Assembly: GCA_004431415.1 (NCBI GenBank)
Contig: QPMI01000435.1
Location: 265,196 to 329,195, forward strand
Source of the DNA: Cyanophora paradoxa CCMP329
Lineage: Eukaryota > Plantae > Glaucophyta
DNA: 64,000 nucleotides
Reading direction: 5' to 3'
A program made the position numbers and the translations under genes. Positions within the stretch are counted from its first letter, which is position 1. Every line of letters begins with the position of its first letter. The notes below the pieces were generated by a model. The model made no database searches and was not told the origin of the DNA. It saw only the letters and a list, made by a program, of their open reading frames with translations. This document shows, piece after piece, positions 1 through 11,003 of the stretch.

Positions 1-500
1 TAATTGACTTGTATAATAGCAGTCCCCATTCTGCATTGAAAAATGACTCTCCAAATGCAGTGTATACAAATGAAGATAAACAGTTATTTATTTACATGAG
101 GGATACTGTTCACAACAATCGTGTAAAGGAGGCTGATACTAATCAAGTGAAACCAGGAGACACAGTTCGAGTTTTGCAACCAAAGGGATTGTTTGAAAAA
201 GAAGGTGCGCAATTCAGTCAGAAGGTCTACACTGTTGCAAAGGCTGATAGGAATCGTTTCAAAGTGCTTGAAGATAATGATGGTGAGGAAACAAAAGAAG
301 TGAAGAGGAGATTTAAGAAACAAGAATTGCAAAAGGTGAATAAAGATGATATCATTAAGATACCATCACAAAAACGGATTCAGCAGGTTAATAAAACGAA
401 TAAAGTGAATCGATTGGTAGCAAAAGAAGGCATAAAACCCAATCGGAGTAATGTAATTCGGAGGAGATACAATTTGAGAAGTGGTTTAACGAAACGCTAA
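1..500 (+). CDS. C-terminal part of a retroviral-type (rve/DDE) integrase, Polinton/Ginger-like; 5' end outside window
   Basis: YNSSPHSAL..SP followed by KPGDTVRV..KGLFEK...FS..VYTV matches the end of the rve core plus the downstream SH3-like region of Polinton-type integrases; C-terminal RYNLRS; segment is much more AT-rich than the rest of the window. Confidence 0.7.
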   Translation, partial: IDLYNSSPHSALKNDSPNAVYTNEDKQLFIYMRDTVHNNRVKEADTNQVKPGDTVRVLQPKGLFEKEGAQFSQKVYTVAKADRNRFKVLEDNDGEETKEVKRRFKKQELQKVNKDDIIKIPSQKRIQQVNKTNKVNRLVAKEGIKPNRSNVIRRRYNLRSGLTKR

Positions 501-506
501 ATCATG

Positions 507-895
507 GGAGACACGGCGGATGAAAAGGATATAACTTCGATTAAATATAATTAATCGAGATTATGATATAACTTCGATAAATAAGATTTAAGATATAACT
601 TCGATTAATTCGATTTTTGTTACTGAGGCTTACTGAGATTTAGTGAGATTTGGAATTGGGTTACTGTGAATGGTTTGTTTTTCTTGGGAATTGTTTTGGA
701 GACACGGCGCATAAAAAAGATATAACTTCGATAAGATATAATTAATCGAGATTATGATATAACTTCGATTAATTCAATGTTTCTTACTGAGGCTTACTGA
801 GATTTACTGATATTCAAGATTGGGTTACTGGGAATGGTTTGTTTTCTGATTTGTTTTTGATTTTTTCGCGGGTATTTTTTTGGAGACACGGCGCA
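507..895. repeat. Degenerate ~190-bp direct repeats, probable subterminal region of the integrase-encoding element
   Basis: GGAGACACGGCG at 507, 698 and 882; GATATAACTTCGAT at about 528, 565, 592, 719 and 756; AT-rich sequence ends at ...CGGCGCA (895). Confidence 0.7.
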
Positions 896-934
896 GTGCT
901 GAGCTGTCGACAGCCACCGTCGAGCCCTGCGCAC

Positions 935-3900
935 GCGCAAGCAAGCAGTCCCTGTGAACTCCCATGTGCGCATCGGTCTTGGGTGCTCGGCACTCACAGC
1001 AGTTTCGTCGAATTTGTACCATCTTTTGTCGACATGTGCGCGGTCTGTAAACTCGGAGTGAAGGGAGAGGTAAAACAACGTCGCGCACAGCAAAAGGTTT
1101 GTATTCCGGTTGATGTAAGCAGAGCTGCTGCAGAGGAGCCCGCCGTTTCGAGCAATGCTAGCAATCTCCACAGATGTTAGCACCCTATTCCAGATTCTCA
1201 CGTCTGATCGAGGACAGCATAAGCAACACGGCCGCGTTCCTTTGGTATTCAAGCGATCACTTCAACCGACCGGCAAGAGAAATGTTGTATGGGGATCTGG
1301 GTTGGACTGTAGTGCCTGCCTGTTACGGAAACGAGTTGGATAGTAAGATTCCGGTACACGGGTAAAAGGGTACGATGGAGGAAGAGGGGGGCGGGAGGGT
1401 TGGTGGGAAGGATGGGGCAGGGGGCCCGGGGCGGGAGATGCGGAACGTGACACACCCAGGACGATCTTCCTGCAGTGGCGGTCGATTGGGAAAGTCAGAT
1501 CAGCAGGAATGCGCGGTTCCAATTCCGATGCTCGCCCTGTGCGCATGCGTACCGATGTAATTTGCCGTGCGGTTAATTGCCTCGATCGGAGCTGTTCCGA
1601 CAGGGGCAGATCCTTCGGCAGTCTCGAAGTAGTCTTTGTGCCACAGTAAGTTCGGGTCTGCACGGCACCAGGCGTAGTACGTCTGATAGAAACTCCATCC
1701 CATTGCCAAGGAGATCTCGACTTCCTCTCCGTCAAAGAAAGCTTTGATTGGCGCGCCGAATCCGGTGAGCGTGATCGCATCATTTTTGCATTTCATCGTC
1801 GAGCTGACGGTGCTGTCCAGTGTGATTGCCACGTGCACCCACCGTCCATTCTGTCCATTGCAAGTTGAGTTCAAAATCAGCGAATCCGAGGCCGGAGCCC
1901 TGCGAGTGATCACGAATTTAAGAGGAGGCGCACCGAGATGTAGCGCCTAGGCAGGTCGCCGTTCAAGCCGTCGTTTGTGTTCGCATCACCGTCCCCAAAA
2001 GAGTCGCCGACGATCACAGATGTGTAGTAGAGTGGCCGGCCGTGGTGGCTTTCGATTGCGAAGTGCTGCTTTTTGTTATCCTGCGGTACGTATACGCATT
2101 CATTTAAATATTGACACGACGAAGTTGACACCGCAGAAGAAGTTCAGTTAGAGGTCATATACAGGTAGAACCCCGTAACCGTCGGACTAGCTACATACTA
2201 AGTTATAACTTATTACTTATGACGCATGCGGACACCCGTAAAAAAACTCAGTTCTCACGGAACGGTCGAGCCAAAAATCCTCGGTAGTTTGATTGAGGTC
2301 AGAAAACTTACCTTAGGGTTGTGTTAACGCATATGAGAACACAGTGTGGCATAGTCGACGTCGGAAGTCCGACCGTCGGACGGTCGACGTCCGACGTTGC
2401 GACGGGCGACTCCCGGACCCGGGAGTCCGTTCAGCGACTCCGGAGTCCGCGTGCGTTAACGTTGCTGCACCGTACTACTTTTAGTACGGTACGCCACCGT
2501 ACTACGGTACGCGCCGGCGCGTGGCGCCGCAGTACCGTGGTACTACCGGTAGTACCGACTCCGAACTTAGAGTCCGAAGTTCGAGTCCGAACACGGTCTG
2601 CTGCACATGTACAGCGGCACTACAGCCACTGAGCCTGCATGGCAGAGCGTTTGGCCCAGACTCCGCCGCCCAGTGGCCCGGCGGCGGCGGGGCGCCGGCC
2701 CGGCGGCCGGCGCCGGCGCCTCTAATATGGCCCGCTATAGCGCTAGGCTAAATAATACTGTAGAACTAGAAATATTAAGTGGGCTGCATATTTATAGTAC
2801 TTAAAAAGTTTTGGGCAATTTCCTAAATATTACACGCCCCCACAGTGCTGGAGTAGACTAGAGGCTGTGGCCGGTAATTCACCAAAAAAAACATTTCGTA
2901 AATATTTCTCGCCTGCTAAAGCCGAGATTTCGCAGGGGTACTCCTTTCTTCGCCATACAAAAGCCCTGCGAAGACCGACCTACCAATAGCTAAAAAAAAG
3001 CTTAGGGCCGCGGGGATGAACCGGCATAAGCGAAGACCGACCTACCAATGCTACCATTGCTACCAATAGCTAAAAAAAAGCTTAGGGCCGCGGCCCGCGG
3101 GGCTGAACCGGTATACATGCTAGTACTGGCCGCCGGACCGCGGCCCGGCGGGCCCGCTAGCGCGCGGCCCGGCTGAACTGGTGAAAAGCGGCCGCCGGGC
3201 CGCGGCAAGTTCACTAGCCTAGTACCGTAGCTGGCCCTGCTAGCCTGGCAGTGGCAACTAGTATAAACCAATAGGCTAGCTATTAATTTGCGATCGCGAG
3301 GACGTCGACGTTCCGGGCAACTTCCGGCCCCATTACACCGAAATCTGACGGACGACTCCGAAAGCTAGCGCCCGATAGGCCAGCTTGACGTCATTGAACG
3401 GTTAGAAAAAAGCGAATTCGACAAGGCAATTTCGAAAGCAACTTCGTCATGATCAGAGATGGTTAATTAGGCCAGCTCCGCGAGGCTCGTCACCTGTTTC
3501 TTACCGGCAAAGTCCCCCGGCGACTAGTGTAAAACAAATTACAAAGTGGTCCGGTTAGACTCCGGTAAGTATATACGTATATATATATACCGGACCGGCC
3601 AACGCGCGTTCAAGAATTATTAATATACGCATGCGGACACTCGTAAAAAAACTCGGCTCTCACGGAACGGCCGAGCCAAAAATCTTCGATAGTTGATTGA
3701 GGTCAGAAAACTTACCTTAGGGTTGTGTCAACGCATATGAGAACACAGTGTGGTACACAGTATATTACACCAGATTAAGGAACTGAAATTTTAACTTTCC
3801 GCGTTAATATTAGGTACCGCGCTTATTCTCGAAATCCACTGCGATAACGCCAGATACATTACCCCCAAGTGAAACTAAATTCAAAATGTCAGCGCGTTAA

Positions 3901-6900
3901 TTTAATTAAAAAACGGCAATTTTAATTTTGCCCCCCCGCGGATCGATTTCGATCGATCGAAGATCAGTTTAGGTTTTAAAGAAATTTTCATGCATGAAGT
4001 TCGCAGTCGCAGTGCCTACGCGCGTACCACGCGCGTACCGCGCGCGCGCGCGCGTCACGGCTTACTTACCGGTACGGACCGGGTCGGACCCGTACGGTTA
4101 CTACCGTACAGGGCCTACTACAGGCTACGGTACGTGCCACGGCCCACGGTGCGCCGCCACGGACGGTGACGGACCACGGTGCGCGTCCGACGGTCGTGAC
4201 TCGGACCGTGTGACCGTCGGACGCGAGGCGACGCGAGCCGCCGCGGCCGGGCAGCCGCGGCCGCTCGCGACGACGATGTCGACTCGTCCACTTGAGTCTC
4301 GACTCTTGAGTCAACGTCATGACTGTGAGCTGCCAGGCTGTCGGGCAACTTCTAAAAAAACTAAAAAACCGGTACCCTTCACCCTTCACCGGTACCAGTA
4401 CGTATATATACGATCCGACTCGGCGTCGAGTTGGCGTCGTAACTTGGCGATCGGTTGACGTGTGTCACGGTCCCGCGCGAGTCGAGTTTTCCCCAGCAGT
4501 TTAAGCTGGATAACGGAAGTAACGGAAAGCTTAACTTAGTAAGTGGCGGATAACGGACGTTTCCGGAAAGTAACGGACAGCTTAAGTGGCGGATAGCGAA
4601 AAGTAACGGAAAGTAACGGAAACACGTGCCACGCGTACGGTGTCACGTCGGTGTGCACTGTAGTCTGCCGCTGTTAACCGTTGAACGTTCTACTGCTATA
4701 GCTACTGTAGGCTTTAATCGCAGCTACAGGCTACAGCCTGCAGCAGCAGCCGCTGAGCTGTCGTTGCCCGGCCGCGGTTGCGCTTATTTAGCAACCGTGT
4801 ACATACGTATATACTAGTGCTACTGCGCATGCAGCTAGCCGCTGAGCGCTGCTGCGCATCCTTGCAATTGTGCAGACAGAGCACATCACGATTCACGACC
4901 AGCAGGTAAATTCGAAGTCAACGCGTACGCGTACGCAGCGCTAGCGAAAACAGTGATTATTTCGAAGCCGCTGAGCACCCGTTCCGGTCCTTAAGTAGCG
5001 CGACTGTATATTCGAATACGTATACGAAGCCGAGGAAGATAATTCTTTTGTCCTGAAAACGTCTGCATGTAAATTTCTTTCTTCCTGAATGTCCGACAGT
5101 CATGGTCATCAGTAAATGGGGGGGTGCGGGGGGGCTTGCCCCCCTGCTTGTAGATACATAGTAATAGTCTCGGATCCGATAACTTTTTCTAGTTTTCGCT
5201 GGGTTCTCGGTTTTTTTTCTAACGGAACCCAACTTCCTGAGACGGGGACATCAACGCCCGCGTAACGGCGCCAGTTTCCGGATAGCCTCAAGTCTAAGGA
5301 CCTCATAGCCCCGACCAGCGCCGCTGAAAGATGCGTCCTAAGCGACCTCGGGATTGCATATCGACATACACTCTCTTCCGGGCGGTCGCGGAGCGCAGCC
5401 TGGGCGCCGAAAATGACGATGAGCACTATACGAAGTGAATTCTCGAGCGGCAGCCCTTAACGAGCGGCAGCAGCTGAGATCGCCCTCGCCCGTTTGCGCG
5501 GCCAAAAAAAGGCCAAAAAGAAAAACCGGGCCAAGCGTACCCCCGTCGATTGCAAACGGTCAAAACAGCTCAGCGGCTGCAGCAGATCTAGATGCAGAAG
5601 TGATGCTTCGAATTCTGAACGCTTCAGCTCGCCCTTTGCACGCTAGCGCTTTCGCTTCTTGGTCGCAGGGCTTCGGGAGGCGGGGCCGCGCCACGCCAGA
5701 TCTCGCTTGCTGGACCATGGCCAGGTGAGCCGGCGGCACGTCCTGCGTCTAGTGCCGACGAGCTCTGATCGAACTGCGCGCAGGTCGCTCGGTCGCGCTC
5801 GCTCGCCGGCCGAAGGGCTTCGGGCGGCGTATCCGCAGCGCCAGATCTCGCTCGCTGTACCAGGTGAGCCGGCGGCACGCCCTGCGTCTAGTGCCGACGA
5901 GCTCTGATCGAACTGCGCGCAGGTCCCTTGGTCGCGCTCGCTCGCCGGCCGCAGGGCTTCGGGCGGCGGATCCGCAGCGCCAGATTTCGCTCGCTGTACC
6001 AGGTGAGCCGTGAGCCGTTGGCACGCCCTGCGTCTAGTGCCGACGAGCTCTGATCGAACTGCGCGCAGGTCCCTCGGTCGCGCTCGCTCGCCGGCCGAAG
6101 GGCTTCGGGCGGCGGATCCGCAGCGCCAGATTTCGCTCGCTGTACCAGGTGAGCCGTGAGCCGGCGGCACGCCCTGCGTCTAGTGCCGACGAGCTCTGAT
6201 CGAACTGCGAGCAGGTCCCTCGGTCGCGCTCGCTCGCCGGCCGAAGGGCTTCGGGCGGCGTATCCGCAGCGCCAGATTTCGCTCGCTGTACCAGGTGAGC
6301 CGTGAGCCGGCGGCACGTCCTGCGTCTAGTGCCGACGAGCTCTGATCGAACTGCGCGCAGGTCGCTCGGTCGCGCTCGCTCGCCTGCCGAAGGGCTTCGG
6401 GCGGCGTATCCGCAGCGCCAGATCTCGCTCGCTGTACCAGGTGAGCCGTTGGCACGCCCTGCGTCTAGTGCCGACGAGCTCTGATCGAATTGCCCGCAGC
6501 TGCAGGCCGCTCGGTCGGGCTCGCTCGCCGGCCGCAGGGCTTCGCGATCGGGCGGCCGCGGGACCCGCCGCACGTGCCATTTAGCTATGCTATATCAGTT
6601 TGTTCAATTTATCACATGTCACATATCTTGATCTCACACCATTATTACTGCTCCCCATGCCTGACTCCGGGAAAGATCGGCGCCCCACCTGACTCCGGGC
6701 CAATGCTGCTACCCCTGTCCCCTATACCTTGCCTCCAAACAGCGCCACCCGAGGGCGTTACGGAGCCCGGTTCTCGTTACATAGATATGACGCACCCCGC
6801 GCAGGGATATTTGGAAGCTATTCGATAGATTTCCGCCAGAGAAGTCGAACAAGAAATGACGAGGATTGCCGTCCCAGTCCCAATACTGCGTCACGTCCAC

Positions 6901-7300
6901 TTTGATCCAGAACTCGAGAGTCTGGATATCGACGCTGGAGGTGAGTTCAAGCTCGAGGTCATGCATATAGCCGCATAAAAGCAGTACTAGTGCACCATTG
7001 GATTCTGGAGAACGAACTTGTTTTCAAATGAGGGCATCGTCACATATCGGTAGGTCGCGCTTGAGGTGTCTCGCGCGCCGAAGTAGAGGCCTGCGCGGTT
7101 GAGTTCGCACATATACACATGTACCTACACGTGGTCGTGGCGCCCGAACGCACCGCACTCGCCCTGCGGTCCGGGGGATCCGCCGGCGTACGCGTGTGCG
7201 AATGTGAGTGCTCCAGCCAAGTAGGTGGTCATGATCAGCAGCCCGAGGGCAAAACTAGCTATATGTATAGATGTTGGTCTAGAGCAACGAAGAGAGGCCG
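935..7300 (-). CDS. Spliced host gene encoding a LamG/concanavalin A-like lectin domain protein (outer limits approximate)
   Basis: GT-AG splicing joins exons 6996-7090 (GLYFG..YVTMPSF..NPM), 6796-6921 (TLEFWIK..HFLFDF) and 1934-2080 in frame; downstream WVHVAIT, NYIG/RSSW and SDVRIWNRVLT..EI are the ordered LamG_3 motifs; frame around 1850-1900 is unresolved. Confidence 0.7.
2222..2349 (+). repeat. ~127-bp dispersed direct repeat, copy 1
   Basis: ACGCATGCGGACAC...GAGAACACAGTGTGG, highly similar to 3627-3753. Confidence 0.85.
3627..3753 (+). repeat. ~127-bp dispersed direct repeat, copy 2
   Basis: Highly similar to 2222-2349. Confidence 0.85.
4508..4623. repeat. Short degenerate tandem repeat (TAACGGA core)
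   Basis: TAACGGA(A/C) recurs about 6 times. Confidence 0.7.
5660..6545. repeat. GC-rich tandem repeat, ~139-146-bp unit, about 6 copies
   Basis: CCAGGTGAGCC...CTAGTGCCGACGAGCTCTGATCGAA recurs at about 5721, 5860, 5999, 6145, 6291 and 6437. Confidence 0.95.
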
Positions 7301-8104
7301 GCTCCCTCGATCGCGAGCGCCATACGCAAGTCGGTTTCTTAGCTGCGTCCATACATAAACGTATACGCCCGGGGCTGCAGTTGAAGTGCGCACGCCGCGG
7401 CCGCTCGCGTGTCATAGCTATAGTACACGTATGCGTATGCATGCTGCCGTCGACTTCGCTTACTCGCAATCGGAATCAAAACTTTAATTTTCGACTCGTT
7501 AACGCTGCATGCGCGCAGGCTTGCAGCGCTAGCGGCAATGCAGCCGGCGAGCCGCTAACTACTGTACCGGTACTACACTACACTAGTTACAGTGTAGTAC
7601 CGGCCGGGATGAGTAGCGCGCGTGCACGTACGCGTGGAGCCTACGGGTATACGTAGCGCCGCGGCGCCGCCGGCTCAGCGGCTCCACGACGCTCCGTGAA
7701 TGTCGGCTGCGCTTGCCAGGCAATGCCAGGCAATGCCACTGGGCCACCAAATTAATCAATCTGATTCAATCATGAATATTAATGTTGCCGGCTCGGCGTG
7801 CACCTCTGCGGCTCCGCCAAGCACCGCCGGGCCGGTACCGGTACCGTGGGCGCGTTGAACGTATCGTACTACTAGTATTCGACTTGGAAGTTGGAAAGTC
7901 GGCCTGTAGGGCCCTGTACTACTAGTACTAGTAACTTGGCCATGCCATGAATGATGAATCCCATGATGGATCATGATTATATCGATTACCGTACTACGGT
8001 AGTACCGTACTACGGTAGTACTAGTCCGACGGTCGTCAGTGACTCGTCACTGTATATGTACGTACGTGGCAAATTGGCAATCACGTGCACTGAATACTTC
8101 TGTA

Positions 8105-8320
8105 GGAGGCGTAAAATTGCCACGCTCTTAAATTGCCAAATTCGCCCAAACCGGAATTGCCGTGGCGATAAATTGCCAAATCCAGAATCCAGATTCTAGC
8201 CAGCTCTATGGCGGCCTAGAAGAATACCTACCCCCAGCAACATTGCCGAGTCGTAAAATTGCCAAGTTCGGCGTCTCGGCAATTTACGGCAATTTAAAGA
8301 CCCGGCAAAATTCCGCCTCC
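8105..8320. mobile_element. MITE-like element with imperfect terminal inverted repeats
   Basis: Left end GGAGGCGTAAAATTGCC..TAAATTGCC; reverse complement of right end GGAGGCGGAATTTTGCC..TAAATTGCC; many internal AATTGCC copies. Confidence 0.55.
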
Positions 8321-10489
8321 GGAATCCGGATCCTGCAGTAGTACCCACTGCTACCCAGTACGTGCACTCGTGCAGTACTTATATATATAATATATGCATG
8401 TACGTGCACGCGACTCGCCGAGTCGGCGAGGCGCGGCGCGCCCGCCGCCCGGCCGGGCCGCACCGGCGCCGCCGGCCGGGCGGCGCCGGCCGCGGGCCCC
8501 GCGGGGGCCGCGGCCGGGCCCCGCGCCCCGGCCCCCGGCCCATCATGGCATGGCCAGCTGCAGCCTGCAGGGGCCGGGCGCCCCGGCCAGGCCTACGGTC
8601 CGCCTACCGGTACTGCGGTCCGATAGAGGCTACTCACTGAGAGTCATGATCAGGCTATAGGGCCCAAAATTAACTCCAAATTACGCCGCTCAATCGAAAT
8701 CTTCAAAAAAAACAACTTTAGCCTTCTACGAGTTCGTGTACTAGTATACAATGAGTCCATTATCCGAATTGCCGCAGTGCCGTTACATTTCCGTGTCTGA
8801 GTTCAGGTACAAGATATTAGGTACGTACTTGTCGTAAGCTGTGACCAATCATCTGGCACTTCTTGCAATTGCGTGTTCAACTTGGCAATTTTTTAACGCG
8901 CCCTGCGCGCTGCGAGTCCTGCGACGCCCAAAATTGATTTTCGGAGATGCTCGCGCTGGATCTTGCCGGAAGTTGCTGAATTGCCGCAGAGCTCCGACAA
9001 CCTCCGAGAAAACGGAAATTCGGAAATTCTTCGAACCTCCGGCCTTCGAAAGACTACGAATCTCCGCAATCGATCGAAAGACTACGAATCTCCGCAACCG
9101 CGGTATTTTTTTTTTTTTTTTTTTGTGAATTACCGGCGGGCCGGGTTTTAAAACGCGGTAATTTATGCCGCGGTAAATCGCCGGTAATTTAGTGCCCGAC
9201 GCTGATCGAGTAGCACTATGATACTACCGGGGTACTATCGGCGAGTTGACGCCGGCGCCGACGCCGCCGACTCGGCGAGTCGCCGACTCGACGCCGGACC
9301 GACGACGGCCGCGGTCCGATGACTCCGATGAGTCGGATATCGATTGACATAGTCTGTTAATTTGGGACTCTGTTATTTCGCTGCTGTTAAGTCGCCTCGG
9401 GCGGAATTGAACCCGTGCGCCCGTGCGTCCGATGTGAGCGCAGGACTCTTACCGGCAGGACTCGTAATAGTGTAATTTGCGACACCCCCCCTCCCCTCAA
9501 ATTACCGCCCCATACAAGCCCAAAAATTTCATAGTCTGTTAATTTGGGACTCTGTTATTGTATTATTCAGTACCGGCCTCAGAGTGGTGGTTGGGTTTGA
9601 GAACATGTACCCGCTATTAGGGGGGTAAGGGACTTATACATGGAAAAGGCATCCTGAAGAGATACGGGACGTGACGGAGGAGCATGTGAGTCGAAGCGGC
9701 CTTTACTTGACGTCATCTTAAGGTCATGGGATCTTATCATGTCGTAAGCTTTCGGAGCCTTAATTCCGAATTCCAGTTTCTTATATAAAAGTTTAGGCTT
9801 AATGTCTTTAAATTTTCGATATATATAGAGCGCCCCGGCGACACGTGACCGGCTGCCGGCGTGCCTGCTAGGGGGTACCGCGCCGCGCGGGCCGCCCGCG
9901 GACCTTCGCTGCTAGCAGCCGCAGCTGCTCAGTCGGCACGAAATCGTGGCTTCGAAGGGCCCAAAGAGCTGTAGCATCGCTCGCGGGCGACGAAACGGCG
10001 TATCCGCAAAGTGGCGCCTGAAGTCGAGCTCCCGCGTGCGCGGCGCTGCGCGCCGCGCGAGCCGCGAACCGTGTGCCCAGCCTGTCCTCGGCATGCCAGC
10101 AGCATCCGAAACGATCGAGGTGCGTCAAAGCCCGCTCCGCCGCCTCCCCGCCGTTCCCGCCAACGCCGACGCGCGGCAGCGATCGTGTCCTTCGCGTCGC
10201 GCCGCTTCCCGCGGCCTCCGCGCACCGCCAATGCGCCCACGGGTGCGCATCGTGCTGCCGGAAGGCCTCGGCGCCGTCCCCGACGGGCGGGAGCGCCCCG
10301 CTCGCCAGCCGGCTCCAATCTGCAGGTCGCCTCCTCAGCTCCTGCCCGCAGCCCGTCTCTTCCGTGCACGCGAAATGAGACCGCATGGGCATTCCTCTCT
10401 GATCTGCGGCCTCTCTTCCGCGTACGGCGGCCGCACGCCGCGCGCGCCCGGCCGCCGGGCCGGCGCAAGCGATCCGCGCTCGCCGCAGG

Positions 10490-11003
10490 TGCAGCTCCGG
10501 CCGCCCGCGCATCCGCGCCGCGCGCGGCTTGGTCCCAGCTAGCCACCGCTTGGTCCGCCGCCCGCTCCGCCTCGATCCTGCGCCGCTGCCCCGGCGACCC
10601 CCCGATTTGATCGCGCCCCTGCCCCGCCGCAGGTGCCGCTCCGGCCGCCCGCGCCGCGTGCCGCGCGCGGCTTGCTCCCACCTATCCACCGCGGGGTCCG
10701 CCGCCCCGCTCCGCCTCGATCCTGCGCCGCTGCCCCGGCGACCCCCCGATTTGATCGCGCCCGTGCCCCGCCGCAGGTGCCGCTCCGGCCGCCCGCGCCG
10801 CGTGCCGCGCGGGGCTTGGTCCCAGCTAGCCTCCACGGGGTCCGCCGCCCCGCTCCGCCTCGATCCTGCGCCGCTGCCCCGGCGACCCCCCGATTTGATC
10901 GCGCCCCTGCCCCGCCGCAGGTGCCGCTCCGGCCGCCCGCGCCGCGTGCCGCGCGGGGCTTGGTCCGAGCTAGCCTCTGCGGGGTCCGCCGCCCCGCTCC
11001 GCC
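10490..11003. repeat. ~145-bp tandem repeat in left arm (about 3.5 copies)
   Basis: CCGCTCCGCCTCGATCCTGCGCCGCTGCCCCGGCGACCCCCCGATTTGATC repeated. Confidence 0.9.

Noticed and set aside
1-500. rve integrase as the integrase of the provirus
   Set aside because: Very different base composition and separated from the virus by 21 kb including a host gene
5624-6580. Overlapping ORFs in the 140-bp array
   Set aside because: Repeat-derived and located inside a predicted intron
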